The notes beneath the pieces are model-generated. The model worked only from the letters and a program-made list of their open reading frames with translations, made no database searches and was not told the origin of the DNA. A program made the translations under genes and the position numbers. 64,000 nt of DNA from Podarcis gaigeae (taxonomy: Eukaryota): assembly GCA_964106915.2 (NCBI GenBank), contig OZ066924.1, one strand, 5' to 3'. This document shows positions 11,827-24,321 of this stretch, in pieces (position 1 is the stretch's first letter; each line of letters opens with the position of its first letter).

Positions 11827-11951
11827 CCTTTCCAAACCTGGTGACCTCTAGCACTACAAATCCCATAATCCCTGCCCATAGACCACACTGGATGGGGCTA
11901 ATGGGAGTTGTAATCCAACAACATCTGGAAGGTACTAGTTGAGGAAGGCTG
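11827..11951. mobile_element. Decayed hairpin hAT-like MITE (family of 24186/45820)
   Basis: actacaaatcccat...atgggagttgtaatcc...acatctgga motifs shared with the intact copies; ends approximate. Confidence 0.6.
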
Positions 11952-12537
11952 CTCTGCCACAGCAGTGTTACGGAATATAAAAACTCATGTTAGAATCACT
12001 AACTAGTCTTATCCAGGGGAAGAGTGTTCCAAACTCCTGAGCTTTCCCCCATCTTGCCAACACAACTGTGGCCTCAGTCAACTTCAGACACTATGCATTA
12101 GTCTCCTCTTGGCTCCATCCTACACAATCAATTGCAGTTTATGGGCTGGCAATGGACCGTATTATGCTTACATTCTTATCCTCTCTCTTGCTAGCACCTC
12201 AGTTCCCAGACCTATCTAAGCTTTTCAGCCAGAACAACTGGATCTTTGTATACACACTTTTCCACAAAGGAAGCAACCACCAAATTAAGAGCCACGAGGG
12301 CAACAAATGCATTTTGATACAATTATGGTAATTTGATACCACGATTCATTACATTTATATTTCATCCCTCTCCAAGGATCTCAAATTGGTAAATGCACTT
12401 CCATCCCATTATTTTATCTTCACAACAAGCCATGGGGGGAAAGGAAGGCACTTAGGCTAAGAAACAGTGACTGACCTATGGTCATTGAGTGGCGCTTCAT
12501 TATTCATAATTGACACAAAATAATGAAAATAACAAAC

Positions 12538-12653
12538 CTATTGTCACTTAAATTGACGACTTTTAATTTCTGCATATCACCCATTTCCTCTGGGAGGAAC
12601 TCCAGCTTATTAGAATGTAAGAACAGAACAGTTACATGTTTCCAGTTTCCAAT
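12538..12653 (-). CDS. ERBIN: ERBIN exon 13, [38 protein letters not shown](R)
   Basis: 116 nt; ttcAG|ATT...AG|gtttgt. Confidence 0.95.
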
Positions 12654-13659
12654 CTGAAAAATAAATAAGTAAGTTTGATTACTCAGCAATCCAGAGTATT
12701 AGCTGCTGAATGTTTTAAGTCATGCATTTATCTATTATTTTTTAACAGGAAAATAAAAACTTGCTTGGATATATTTTCAAAGAAGAAAAATTTCCACTAA
12801 CTAGGACCCACAATATTTTGGATATAAAGGGACAAGAAAGGTCAGGGTGGATTAGAGGAAACTAAGATAGCAATTTATTCGTTGCCTTTAAACTTGCACC
12901 AAAAGTACAGTATTTTTTCACAATGAGGTTATATGTACGTTTTTTTCCATCCAAAGACAAGGTTCCCAACCTTTCTGGGCCCATTTCAAATTATGTAACT
13001 GGCACCACCACAAATCTGTTCTTCCAGTTTATTTCTTGAGTACTGGAGAGGCTGGGGGAACATTCTCAGACCCCTAGACCCCAGAGAGAAGAAGAGAGGA
13101 AAAACAACCAAGGACACAAGACATTCCCCACCACTGAGAAGGAGAAAACGACAGAAAAAACCCAGCCTCCCAAGGAGAACGGAGAACACCTAAGCAAAAA
13201 CAGATCCATATCCCACTCCAAGGGGGAGGGACAAACAAAGAAGTGTACCAAACCACAGAAAGTAGGAAAGTGCGTGTGCATGTGCACGAACAAACACACA
13301 CAGAGTTCATCTTCTTTTTATCTCTTCTCGTGTCCATCCTTCCTCTCCCATCCCTTTTTCCTTTCTATTTCAATACACTCTTATTTCATCTGCAATACTG
13401 GTCTCAGTCTAGAAAACTATAGAGTTGAAAGAGGAAGTGGGAAAGGGCAACGTCTTGTAATTTCCAGGTAGAGATTTCTCCCTTCTCACTTATAAAGGGG
13501 TGGGGGTTTAACTCCTGGCCAGGGAGGCAGAAGTGAGGGGAGTACAGAGGCTTTCACAGGCATCAGTGCTCTAGCAGTGCTCTAGCATTGGAGACCACAG
13601 ACCTATAGAATGCAGGCCAGTTTGACTATTCTCGTGGCATCCAGCAACCATCCTCTAAG

Positions 13660-13849
13660 AATAGCTGTCAACTTTCAGATTTGAAAGTAAGGGATCAGCA
13701 GCCTCGAAAATAAAGGATCAGCAGCCTCACCTGTCCCAGGGACAGTCTATGGGATATCTAACAATCCGGGATAGCAGCGGGAAGCAGCGGGAAACGGCGC
13801 TAGAATAAGGGAATTTCCCGCAAAAAAAAATGGAAGGTTGACAGCTATG
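13660..13849. mobile_element. MITE, probably hAT
   Basis: TIR atagctgtcaac / gttgacagctat; degenerate 8-bp TSD (cctctaag / catcaaag); internal short tandem duplications. Confidence 0.7.
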
Positions 13850-15090
13850 CATCAAAGGCTGTAATTTGCTTGACTCTTTTAGGCTGCTATGAGCCCATGG
13901 ATTTGATTTTCAGTGTGGTAGCCATGTTAAGTCTATTGCTGCAGGAAGCTTGTGTCATTTATTGGTGAATAAGCAACAGGACGTAAGAGGAAAGAACAAA
14001 GTACGCACTATATCTCCTGTACTGGAATGCTGCCATGCAAATTACTCATCGCCAACGCCTTTCAATGGCATGCAAATGCATAGCAAACACAGCAATCATA
14101 TTCATTCTTGGTATAGCTGAACGGAAGAATAAGCATCAGTTGTACAATTGAGGCACAGGTTTCTACTAGTGCAGATCTAACTTATGACCCCTGTACATAA
14201 TGTATTTCAGAAAACTGCATGACTTTTTGGTCTAGGAACTTTCTTCTCTTTAGTCCAATGCACATTGCCTAATGCCATTTTTTCTGTGCAATAACTTTTT
14301 GTCAGAAAGTAACAAGACAACTTGTCCCTACTGACAACTGTTCTGACATCCATTTACATATTCAAGTTAAGGCAGGCTTCATTTAATGTCACCAAAGAAC
14401 ATTCAGCTACCCTCATCCTTAAAACTATTTATTTTTCATCTTTCTTTCAAGGAGCTCAAGGTGGCATAAATGGTTCTCCCTCTTTCTTTCTTTCTTTCTT
14501 TCTTTTTAATAATTAAGAGTTTATTGACATAAACACATACAGAATACAATAAAAATTATGGATATAGTGAATAAAAAAACCACAGATGCAGGGGAGATAC
14601 AGATGGATTTCTTGAATATACAGATCAATCACATGAAAGTTCATGCATGCACATTAAAAAGGAGGCAGGAAAATCACCTGAAGCATGTGTAAAGGGGTAA
14701 GACTGATGGCTGCATCTGTTTTGCATGCACCATTATATCAGTTTTGAAGTTGGAATCACTTCACAGCTGAGGAAATACTGAGAGCTTGCATTCTCTGGCC
14801 AAAGCTTTTTCTCATCTCTGAACAGAATGTGCTTTAATAGCAAAATTGGCAGATGAGTGACCTCTTCCTTTTAAGTCTACATCTTATTAATATCTTTAAT
14901 TGCATGATAAATGCATGATTGACTGACACTTCGGAAATTTATTCCGCCAACCAAACCTGCATCCTAAGATTTCAGCTAGTTTTAATCAACTTGAAATGTA
15001 CAGAAATAAAAGCATGCAGATATACTCTTGCTTACAAATCTAAACATATGTAATATATTAAAAACTAGATTTTCATTAATAAGAACTTAC

Positions 15091-15220
15091 CTCTGGTGGC
15101 AACTGTGTTAAAAAGTTATGATCTGCAGCAAAGGTCCTTGTATTAGAGAGCTGTCCAATAGATGAAGGCAACGCTTCAATCTCATTGAAGCTACAGTCCA
15201 GTTCTTCAACTGAAGTTAAA
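15091..15220 (-). CDS. ERBIN: ERBIN exon 12, LTSVEELDCSFNEIEALPSSIGQLSNTRTFAADHNFLTQLPPE
   Basis: 130 nt; ttcAG|T...GAG|gtaagt. Confidence 0.96.
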
Positions 15221-15313
15221 CTGAAATTCAATTAAATTTATTAAATTAAAAAGTCTTTTACATGACAGTGCCATTTTAAAACGAACAAAATAAAAATTAA
15301 TATCCAGTTGTTA

Positions 15314-15778
15314 CCGTATTTTTCGCCCCATAGGACGCACTTTTCCCCCTCCAAAAATGAAGGGGAAATGTGTGTGCGTCCTATGGGGCGAATGCAGGCT
15401 TTCGCTGAAGCCTGGAGAGCGAGAGGGGTTGGTGCGCACCGATGCTTGATAGGCTTGCGGATAGCTTCCTGAAGCCTGGAGAGCGAGAGGGGTCGGTGCG
15501 CACCGATGCCTCTCGCTCTCCAGGCTTCAGGAAGCTATCCGCAAGCCTTGCAAGCCCGGCGGGAGGTCCCGCCGGGCGCGCGAGGCTTGGGGCGGCAGCC
15601 TGCAGCCCGAAGCACGCGGAGCCCTCCGGAGGGTGCCCCATGCTTTGGGCAGGTGTGTGCAAGGCTTGGGGCGGCAGCCGCGGCTGGGGGAGAAATATAT
15701 TTTTTTTATTCATTCCCCCCCCCAAAAAAACGAGGTGCATCCTATGGGCCGGTGCGCCCTATAGAATGAAAAATACGG
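15314..15778. mobile_element. Tc1/mariner-superfamily (pogo/Tc2-like) non-autonomous element
   Basis: TIR ccgtatttttc / gaaaaatacgg, TA TSD, GC-rich interior with long palindrome. Confidence 0.85.
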
Positions 15779-16042
15779 TATACAAATGCTAAGCAATAAG
15801 ACCTAAATGTAGGGCTGAAGTTTGCCCCTTTTAAAAATATAGCCCAAAGCTCATTATTCCAAGCTACCTGTAGCATTTCCAAAATAATCTGCTGGAGTAT
15901 GAACCAACAACTGATAAAACCATGCAATGTCTGCATAGTACTGTATTTGATGTGCAGTAGATAAGAGGATTGTAACCAAACAAGAAGTCATTAAGGAACA
16001 AAACCATAGAATATAAGCCCTTATTTATTCAGAAATACCTAC

Positions 16043-16115
16043 CCTCCTATAGAGTCTGGCAGATACATTAGCTGATTTTCATCAATTTTAAGAATTGTTA
16101 ATTTCTTCAGGGACC
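16043..16115 (-). CDS. ERBIN: ERBIN exon 11, SLKKLTILKIDENQLMYLPDSIG(G)
   Basis: 73 nt; aacAG|GG...GG|gtaggt. Confidence 0.95.
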
Positions 16116-16272
16116 CTGTTGTAAAACATATATCATAATAAGATAGTGTTCATAGAAAACAGACATTCCTGCTTTGTACGAGGGGACACATGGACAAAGG
16201 TCTGAAAGTGATGTTTCACTCTACCTGTCCCACCCCAGTCCATGTCGCAAAAAAACAAACAAAAGAAATATA

Positions 16273-16439
16273 CTGTAATTTTCTGTCTATAAGATGCCCC
16301 CATGTATAAGGAGCACCCTGTTTTGGGGGACTCCAATTTAAGAAAATGGGGGGGAGATGGCCCCATGTATAAGATGCCCCCAAACCATGGACATTGTTTT
16401 TTAGGGAAAAAACCTATTCTTATACATGGAAAAATACGG
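16273..16439. mobile_element. Tc1/mariner-superfamily MITE (CCGTATTTTTC-type TIR)
   Basis: ta|ctgtaattttc ... gaaaaatacgg|ta; internal tataagatgcccc repeats. Confidence 0.75.
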
Positions 16440-17058
16440 TATTTCTCCCACGACTGGGAGTATCAGTGGCTAATGTCTAACGCATGCTGCACTTCATACT
16501 AGTGGAACAGGGCCCGCAAAAAGGCTGGCAAGTGGCTCCCCTGATTTCCTTCTGCAATGTGAAGACCAAGGCCTTTCAAAGAAAAGCAATTACAAATTTC
16601 TAGGGAAATCTTCCACTTCTCTAATCTTAAATTGTGGCACTTTAGCACAGCAGCTATTAAGCCTGTATGGCAAGATCATTTTAGTCCTGAAGATCAACAC
16701 TGCACAGCAAAAATACTAGCTGACGGGGTTGTATACAGCAGTTGCATGAATGTAAGGCAGCTATTGCAACTGAACTTTCTTTTAACTTCCCTGCTCTCTG
16801 CAGCCCCTAAAATGTCTCTCCAGGTGGTAGGGGGTAGAAGGCTCCTGAATAGTTTGAGCTGCGTTGTAGAGGACTGCAGGAAGGAATCACCTGAATTTGG
16901 GTGGAAGAACCTTACTTGACTGGACCTAGATATGCAAACACAATTTGTGCAAGATGAAAAAGCTGTTTTAGTTTTTACTTTTGGCCTACATACAGCATGT
17001 CACAAATGTTATTTTGGTTTCTGAAATATAGTAATAGTTAACTTTGGACAATACAAAC

Positions 17059-17203
17059 CAATAGACTCTGGTAGTTGCTGAAGTGAATTACTAGATAACA
17101 GCAGGTCTTGTAAACTTTCACATCCTGAAACACCCTCTTCAAGAGTTTCAATGTTGTTTTTGGAAACATCCAAGTAGGTCAAGTGCTTCAAACTGCCCAT
17201 AAA
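17059..17203 (-). CDS. ERBIN: ERBIN exon 10, [24 protein letters not shown]...LPESI(G)
   Basis: 145 nt; ttcAG|TTT...TTG|gtttgt; within ORF 17009..17233. Confidence 0.95.
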
Positions 17204-18081
17204 CTGAAAATATAAAAGTATGGGCAAAGTCAAAAGCTTCTGTGTTAAAATATATATTCTAATTCTGCAGATAATAAAAAAATAGCTATTTGCTAAGATC
17301 TATCAGGCCTGTAACATCAGCATTCTAGTAACCATCTAGCATGCACGTTTCGATAGCTGCTTATACAAGATCCAAATCTTAAGTATAGTGTCCAGCTGTA
17401 GATACTTCATTCTAAGAGGCTGCTGTAAAGTTCCACTGATGCAGATGAGCCTATTCTAATACAAAGTAAAGGTTATGCCTCTAAAGAAGATTGTCACAAT
17501 GTCATATTCAGTTTCACAATTTTTATTCGACCATACATATTTTGGGTGGAACACATAAAATATTCACCTGCATTTTTCAGAATGTTAAACAATTGAAGAA
17601 GCAGGTTCACATTTCTACCAACTGTTTTATGAACATTTACATTCTTGAGTATAAAAAAGTGACCAGAAATACTTCAGACTATTCCAAGTAATCAAGAGTG
17701 AAGGCACACTGATACATGAAGCTACACTTTCTAATGGATATCATTTAAGCACACTATTGTCATAAGTTACACTAAATACCTAAAATACAAGGCATATTGG
17801 GTGTGGATGATTGGTGTAGCTAAAGTTGTCAAATCAAAGCAGAACAAGGTTTTGCTGACACGAATATGCTTCCCGTCCTCTGGTATTATTTCAAACAAGG
17901 GTGGTCAGGAAAAGCAACAACCTTGAATGTATGAGGCTTATGGAGAGGCTTGAAATAATGGACATATAGGTACAGCTTTTAATCTGTCTGATGCGCACTC
18001 TATGGCCTAAGATGAAATGTTTATGAGACCTTTAAATATACACATGCAAGCACAGACATTTAAAGGAATAAATATACATAC

Positions 18082-18156
18082 CCCTGGAATAAGAGTTAGT
18101 CTGTTACCATCCATCCAGAATTCTTTTAACCCACTTAATTGTTCAAGTACTTCAGG
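18082..18156 (-). CDS. ERBIN: ERBIN exon 9, PEVLEQLSGLKEFWMDGNRLTLIPG
   Basis: 75 nt; aacAG|CCT...GGG|gtatgt. Confidence 0.96.
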
Positions 18157-18914
18157 CTGTTAAAAACAAGATAGATGAAAAAATTAGATTGTATTATAGA
18201 TATACATTTATTACTGACAATGCACTGAGTGAATCTAACTGTGTCCATATACCAGTGGAAGGATCAATGTTAGAAACAGAATCTGGTTGGCTGGAGGTTG
18301 ATTTGTGGGAGAATGTGGGGTGGAGGGGGCAGCTGCAGATGGGAGGGGAGGATGGGGAAATTGATTTGATCAAAATTGGATGCTGCCCTTTGTATTTCTC
18401 CAGAATGGTTTATTTTCTTTTATATAGCATTCCATTACACACTGATGCCCCACATAGGTTTTTCCTACAAGCTTTAAATATATACTGTATTTTGTCAGAT
18501 GTTATAGTCATAACATTTGAGTGAAAAGCCAGCTATAAATTTCAGAATGAATTTCACTGCATAGGCACATGCAGAATCAACTAGAAAAAAATGTTTTCAT
18601 AGTTGCATAAGTTATAAACACTTATTATAACGTATAACCTTAGAAGCTAATATGTGGTCAAATGAGAATAATGCTTGCTTGTAGTTTAAATACATATGAA
18701 AATACTTTCGTCTGTCACAGATATACCATACTAACAGGAAATGAAAGCTACACAAATCAGTTAACTTTAAAAATAGTTTCCTTTAAAAATTAAGATACAG
18801 GCAACAGTTTCTCTGTAAGACAGCATTAAGCTGATTTTTCTATTTGACATTGATTAAAAATAGATTTACAGATAAGAGGTTTTAGGAAAGCTGCGTTACT
18901 TAGCTAGAACTCAC

Positions 18915-18978
18915 CACTTCTGTGAATTCATTACTTCCCAAGTCCAGTCTCTCCAGCTGAGTCAGTCTGTTCATGGTT
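18915..18978 (-). CDS. ERBIN: ERBIN exon 8, TMNRLTQLERLDLGSNEFTEV
   Basis: 64 nt; ttgcAG|A...GTG|gtgagt. Confidence 0.96.
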
Positions 18979-19583
18979 CTGCAAAGAGAAAGGATTAATA
19001 AGGAATTAGGTTTAAGAAAAATACCAGTTACATCCAATCTTCTTGTGTTTTTACTAATGCATCTTTTTAATCAGCATCAGATAGCCTGGCAGTTCTATAA
19101 AAGCACTCATACTTGATAGGGTCAGATTTTTATAAAATGTCATATAATCCTATAGCTAAAAGCAAAGCAAAAACTGTAGTTCAATGTTATCCAGTTTAAT
19201 TAAAAACACATTTCTCTCTTAGCTCATTGAGAAAGCAATGACTTCTTCCCAATTCTATCAAATCATGCAACATCATCACTATGTGGCAATGAATGCCAAA
19301 GATAAATTATGCCGTTATACGCCCACTTGTCTTTAAAGCTGCTGTGTATTAATAAAGATCCCACTGTTTACCCATCTCCATTGTGAAGGGAAAACATGTG
19401 ATCCTAATCGCTTTCATCTTACTTAGAGAGTTTCCAGTCCATTAACACTGCAATCCTATACACACATGAGAGTAAATGCCACTAAAATCAATGAGGCTTA
19501 CTTTTGAGCTCGCATGCGTAAGGTTGCATTAAGAAAAGTCACCGTCTTGTTCTATGACTTCAAGTATCCAGTGAGGGGCAGTG

Positions 19584-19743
19584 CACGGGCATAGCCAGGG
19601 GGCATCTCCCCCCCCCCCATCAAGTAAAATAATATACTTAACTAACTGACCAATCACATCGGTTCTGCCCTCCCCAACAAAAGTCCTGCCCCCACCGAAT
19701 AAACTCTTGCCCCCCCCCCACAAAAATCCTGGCTACACCCATG
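19584..19743. mobile_element. hAT-like MITE
   Basis: TIR cacgggcatagccagg / cctggctacacccatg; 8-bp TSD gggcagtg / ggacagtg. Confidence 0.75.
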
Positions 19744-20433
19744 GGACAGTGTGAAATACTTTCTAAAAATCCTAATATACTAGGGGCCTATCGAATAGAT
19801 CACACGCCCGTGCTCTAACAAATTAAGCCCATTGCTATTAGAAAGTGACAGTGAACTACTTCTGTCACACAAATGGATCCCACAAAAAAGTCATCAGCAA
19901 GAGTTTGTCCCCTACTATAGGAAAAAAGCCAGTTACATTTAAGCTGTTTTAATTAACTAATAAACCAATTATTTCACAGCATAATTTGCTGCTCTTTGCA
20001 GAAGCAGCAGCTAGATTCCACAATCAGGAAACTAAGAAATGCCACAAAGTATCAAAATACAAAAAAAAAATGCATTTTCTAATTCAGGCACAAGCTAACT
20101 TAAAAATGGGCAGAATTCAATCGCTTTCATTTTATTTAGACGGGATACATTCAAGTCAGCATGTCCTATACAAGCTGAGAACAAGCTCAAAGACAATGGC
20201 TTAGACCTAGATTTGTTTTTCCTTTTGAGGTCCAAGTGACAGAAAGGGAGGGGGAGCAAGTTTGACTGGTTTCTTCTTTCTTCTGAAGTCCAAGCAGTCT
20301 GCTAGAAGCATGTTGTAAAGAGCTTTATGTATTTTTTTGTTAAATAAACAGAATAAATAAAGCACACAAGCTTCTACATTTTGTACAGAACACGGCCATT
20401 CTTTCCCCTCATTATCCATTTCATTTCCAAAAC

Positions 20434-20572
20434 CAGCGCTTTCCCCCCAGGGGATACTCAAGGGTACGCAGTACTGGCACCTCTTTTTTGTTGTTGTTAA
20501 AAAAAAGTGTGGCACTTACTGTAACAACTTCTTGGTAAGTACCTGCACCTATTTTTCTAGAAAAAAGCACTA
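20434..20572. mobile_element. hAT-like MITE
   Basis: Ends cagcgcttt / aaagcacta; 8-bp TSD tccaaaac / accaaaac. Confidence 0.6.
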
Positions 20573-20874
20573 ACCAAAACTTAACATCACAAATGGTTTC
20601 CCTCAGGCAGTGGCAGACATACATTTCTGGGACCCTGAAGCTTCAACTGTTATGGGGGGGCCCTTTGCAACCAGCAACAATCTGTTCTACTGACTCTCAA
20701 ACAGTGGGACTATTGAAATATATATAGCAGAAAATTAATCAATCAGAGTTGAACAACTCAATTTGAGTCAACTAGACCCAATTTTTTTAAAAGCAAGGTG
20801 GATTAGCTTCTGGGGCCACCCCAGGATTAGGGAGCCGGAAACTTAACCTACATTAATTTCATAGTAGATCCACC

Positions 20875-21034
20875 CCTGCCTTCAGGAGGTGGTAGAGTCT
20901 CCTTCCTTTGAAGTTTTTAAGCAGAGGTTGGATGGCCATCTCTCCTGTATACTTTAGGTGGGATTCCTGCATTGCAGGGGGTTGGAATAGACAACCCTCT
21001 GGCTCCCTCCCAATTCTACACTACTATGATTCTA
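20875..21034 (+). mobile_element. CR1 LINE 3' end fragment
   Basis: gagtctccttcc...gtttttaagcagaggttggatggccatct...ccaattctac...ctatgattcta; typical CR1 3' terminus with ATTCTATG-type tail. Confidence 0.85.
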
Positions 21035-22383
21035 AGCAAGAATGCTATAACCCCATGTTAAAAAAACTATCCAAACACAAATGTTAACTTATTAAAGAAC
21101 AAAGGAATTAAATGTTAATTTGCTTTTTCTAATGTCACCACATTTGTTCCTCAAAACGTATTTATCTTGTGTGCATTCCCTCTTTAGCCGTTTTATTTAC
21201 AAAGACTACATTTTGTTTTAAAAGGTACCCTTAGGTTATGTTTTTTCAATCACCGCATAAATATAGCCAAGTGAAACTAATAGAACAAGAGAGCATCAAG
21301 AGGATAAGAGTTCAATGGAGCAATGCTTTCTAGCCAGCTCTCCGCTGAAGTGTGAGCATTAAGTCTCATATTTCATCTACTGGTTCATTTGTCTGGCGCT
21401 AGAATCTCCCTTCCTTTGTTTTCATAGCCCATTTCACAGAACCCTTCCTTATGTACTAGATATCCTTTAATAAAGTTCATCATACATATCAGCTAAGGAT
21501 GGGCACACAATTTCCTGTTTGGGACCAGCAGTACTTTCCAACTTCTTCCCTCTTTGCTGCCAACCCCAAAAGAAGAGGCAGCCCCCAAAATGGGGGAAAG
21601 AGGCAGGCAAGCAGGCGAAGAGGAGGCTGCTCACAATGCATCACCCACCTCTCAGCACAAAGGCTTTTCTCCCCAGTCAGTGCCCAACACTACTGCTAAG
21701 GCATAAATGAGGGAGAAAGGAATGCCAGCAAGGCATCTTGGCTGGCCACCTCATACTGTGCCCATTGGCAATCGTCAGCAAAAATAGCTACTGAGAAGGG
21801 ATCAAGGGAATTGTCAATTTTCTGAGATGGTCTGAATGTCTTCCTTAAGAGGAAGCCGGTGACAAGAAGAATTAAAAGAGAGAGCGAAAGCACCATACCA
21901 TTATGAAAGGAAAACAAAAACACATTTAAGTTGCTGTATCATTATTATTACGGGGGGGGGGGGAGATAATCTGCGTAAATATTTTTAGAATCAGACTGTT
22001 TCACTACAAAAATAGCTGTTTTCTTTCAACTCTAAATCCGTCATTCAATTTCATGTGATGTAGATATGCATACACATGGAATGATTTTAGATCCAAAATC
22101 TAATAATGGCTTCTTCAAGTATTACATTTTCCTACATAGAGATCCTCAGGCAGTTCAGCCCAGGAACTGTCTTACTGACAGTAAAAACCATTCACAACAA
22201 ACTTCAAAAATTACAGCTGTACACACTTTATTGATCTCCCTACATGAAACTGTAACATATTTAGCAACCCACAAGACGTACACAGAGAAGTTGTTTATAT
22301 GCAATTGTCATCTTATAGATAATTATTTGGACTGGAGTCCAAATAAATTTGTAAAAATAAAAAGAACAAAGACGGTAATAATA

Positions 22384-22766
22384 GGTAATAGGTAATGTAA
22401 AGCTAAAGGACCCCTCGACAGTTAAGTCCAGTGAAAGGCGACGATGGGGTGTGGCGCTCATCTTGCTTTTCAAGTCGAAGAAGCTGGCATTTGTCCACAG
22501 ACAGCTTTCCAGGTCATCTGGCCAGCATGACTAGACTGCTACTGGCGCTTGGAGGACCATGACGAGTGGCAGAGCACACAGAAACACCATTTTACTTCCC
22601 ACCGCAGTGGTACTTGTTTATCTACTTCCACTGGTGTGCTTTCGAACTGCTAGGTTGGCAGAAGCTGGGACAGAGCAACGGGAGCTCACCCCGTCACAGG
22701 GATTTGAATTGCCGACCTTCTGATCAGCAAGCCCAAGAGGCTCAGGGGTTTAAAACCTCGCATCCC
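22384..22766 (-). mobile_element. Sauria SINE, older and diverged
   Basis: Colinear with 1129-1486 (tgctttcgaactgctaggttggcag core, ggtaa-type tail); A box lost. Confidence 0.85.
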
Positions 22767-22769
22767 CTG

Positions 22770-22873
22770 TGCGATTTCTGTTCTCATCCTGAAGTAAAGT
22801 TCTTAACCCAAGGTACTATTTCTGTGTTAGCGGAGTCTGTAAGCTGAAGTGTCTGTAACCTGAGGTACTACTG
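22770..22873. mobile_element. Right half of Tigger/pogo-like MITE (family of 29144)
   Basis: cgatttctgttctcatcctgaag...aacctgaggtactactg|ta matches the right half of the 29144/39067/54942 copies. Confidence 0.85.
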
Positions 22874-22945
22874 TATTATAATCTCAATACATCTTCAAAC
22901 ATATTATTCACACCAAAATAAACATAAATATCACTATATACTTAC

Positions 22946-23002
22946 TTTGGCAACATTTTCAACTGGTTTTCTCTGAGCTCCAAAATCTGGAGTTTAGTTA
23001 AT
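22946..23002 (-). CDS. ERBIN: ERBIN exon 7, LTKLQILELRENQLKMLP(K)
   Basis: 57 nt; ttacAG|A...AA|gtaagt. Confidence 0.96.
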
Positions 23003-23679
23003 CTGTAAAATAAACACTCAAGATTACCATTTAAACGGCAAAGTATGCATATCTGAAATAAAATAAAGCTTGTTTATACAGCCAGTACAAGAATTCAGAT
23101 ATTGGGCAAATTTAATTTGCAAATAAAAACTGGGTTCAAATGCAGGCTGCATACATCTTTAATATCTAGATATTTTGCTTGCATCAGAGAATTGTGATTC
23201 TTAGATCTAACGTGGGCAGAGGAAGGAATCATTCAAATACAAGTAGTATCAAGGCTATACAAAATAATTACTTATTTTGGAATACTTTTGACAACAGTCT
23301 CTAGCAGAGACAAGCAGGAGATTCCAATTATCCCAAACAATTTTTGGTATTGTTTAATTATACTGTAAGAAAATTTCTTCCACTAAGCAATATAAATCTG
23401 CAACCACTTCACATCTGGCAAAACTTCCAAACATTTTATCTGGTAAAACTTCCAAACATTATTTTTTTTCTGTCCAACAAGTGAATTTTGATCTTAATTT
23501 TCTCTTATACTTTGTTCAAGTTACATGTCTCTTATCAGTCTCTGGATTTATTTATTTTTGGGGTGTGGTCAGTTTTCTAAAATTTATGGCTCTCCTCCTA
23601 TAAATGTGAAGACCTAGACTGAACTCCATGCTGCAGCTGAGTCATAATTGGTGTCAAATAGGGCTTGGTTTTGTATATA

Positions 23680-23992
23680 CCGTATACAAGGAAAAAATAT
23701 TCTCTCCCTCTCTGCGCAGCACCTCTCCAGCAATGCGGGAGGAGAAATGGAAGGGGCTCTGTTTCTGCTCCCGCTTTGCTGAAGGGGCGCTGTGCAGCTT
23801 TCCCTCTCTGTGCAGCACCTCTCCAGCGAAGCAAAGTCAGAAGAGCAAGAGGGATCACTGCTTTCACGATCCCTCTTGCTGTTCTGGCTTCTGGGATAGC
23901 TGCGCAGCCTGCATTCGCTCCATAAGAAGAACACACATTTCCCCTTACTTTTTAGGAGGGAAAAGGTACGTCTTATAGAGCGAAAAATACGG
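23680..23992. mobile_element. Tc1/mariner-superfamily element (family of 15314), internally deleted
   Basis: Right TIR cgaaaaatacgg|ta; left end reduced to ta|ccgtat; acacatttcccctt segment is the reverse complement of 15360-15375. Confidence 0.75.
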
Positions 23993-24185
23993 TAATGTCC
24001 ATACAGCAAATCAATGTATTTGTCTTTTTCGCAACAATTTTTAGATGGCAATTCAACTCTATATACCAGCCATTTTTATCACTGTACTGTTGTTTTTACC
24101 TTGCAAAATGCATTGTTTTATTGTGTACTAGTTTGCACGTATTAGAAAACGATGTGGATGTTCCTCCTGACTTAGCCATATACAT

Positions 24186-24321
24186 CAGGCTTCCCCAACC
24201 TCGCCCCTCCAGATGTTTTTGGCCTACAACTCCCATGATCCCTAGCTAGCAGGACCAGTGGCCAGGGATGATGGGAATTGTCGTCTCAAAACATCTGGAG
24301 GGCCGAGGTTGGGGAAGCCTG
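24186..24321. mobile_element. 136-bp hairpin hAT MITE
   Basis: TIR caggcttccccaacctcg / cgaggttggggaagcctg; 8-bp TSD atatacat / atctacat. Confidence 0.9.

Noticed and set aside
15381-15792. Mirror-image ORFs on both strands (RLADSFLKPGERE)
   Set aside because: Artefact of the palindrome inside the MITE.
23413-23460. 25-bp tandem duplication atctgg(c/t)aaaacttccaaacatt
   Set aside because: Ordinary slippage duplication with no sign of function.
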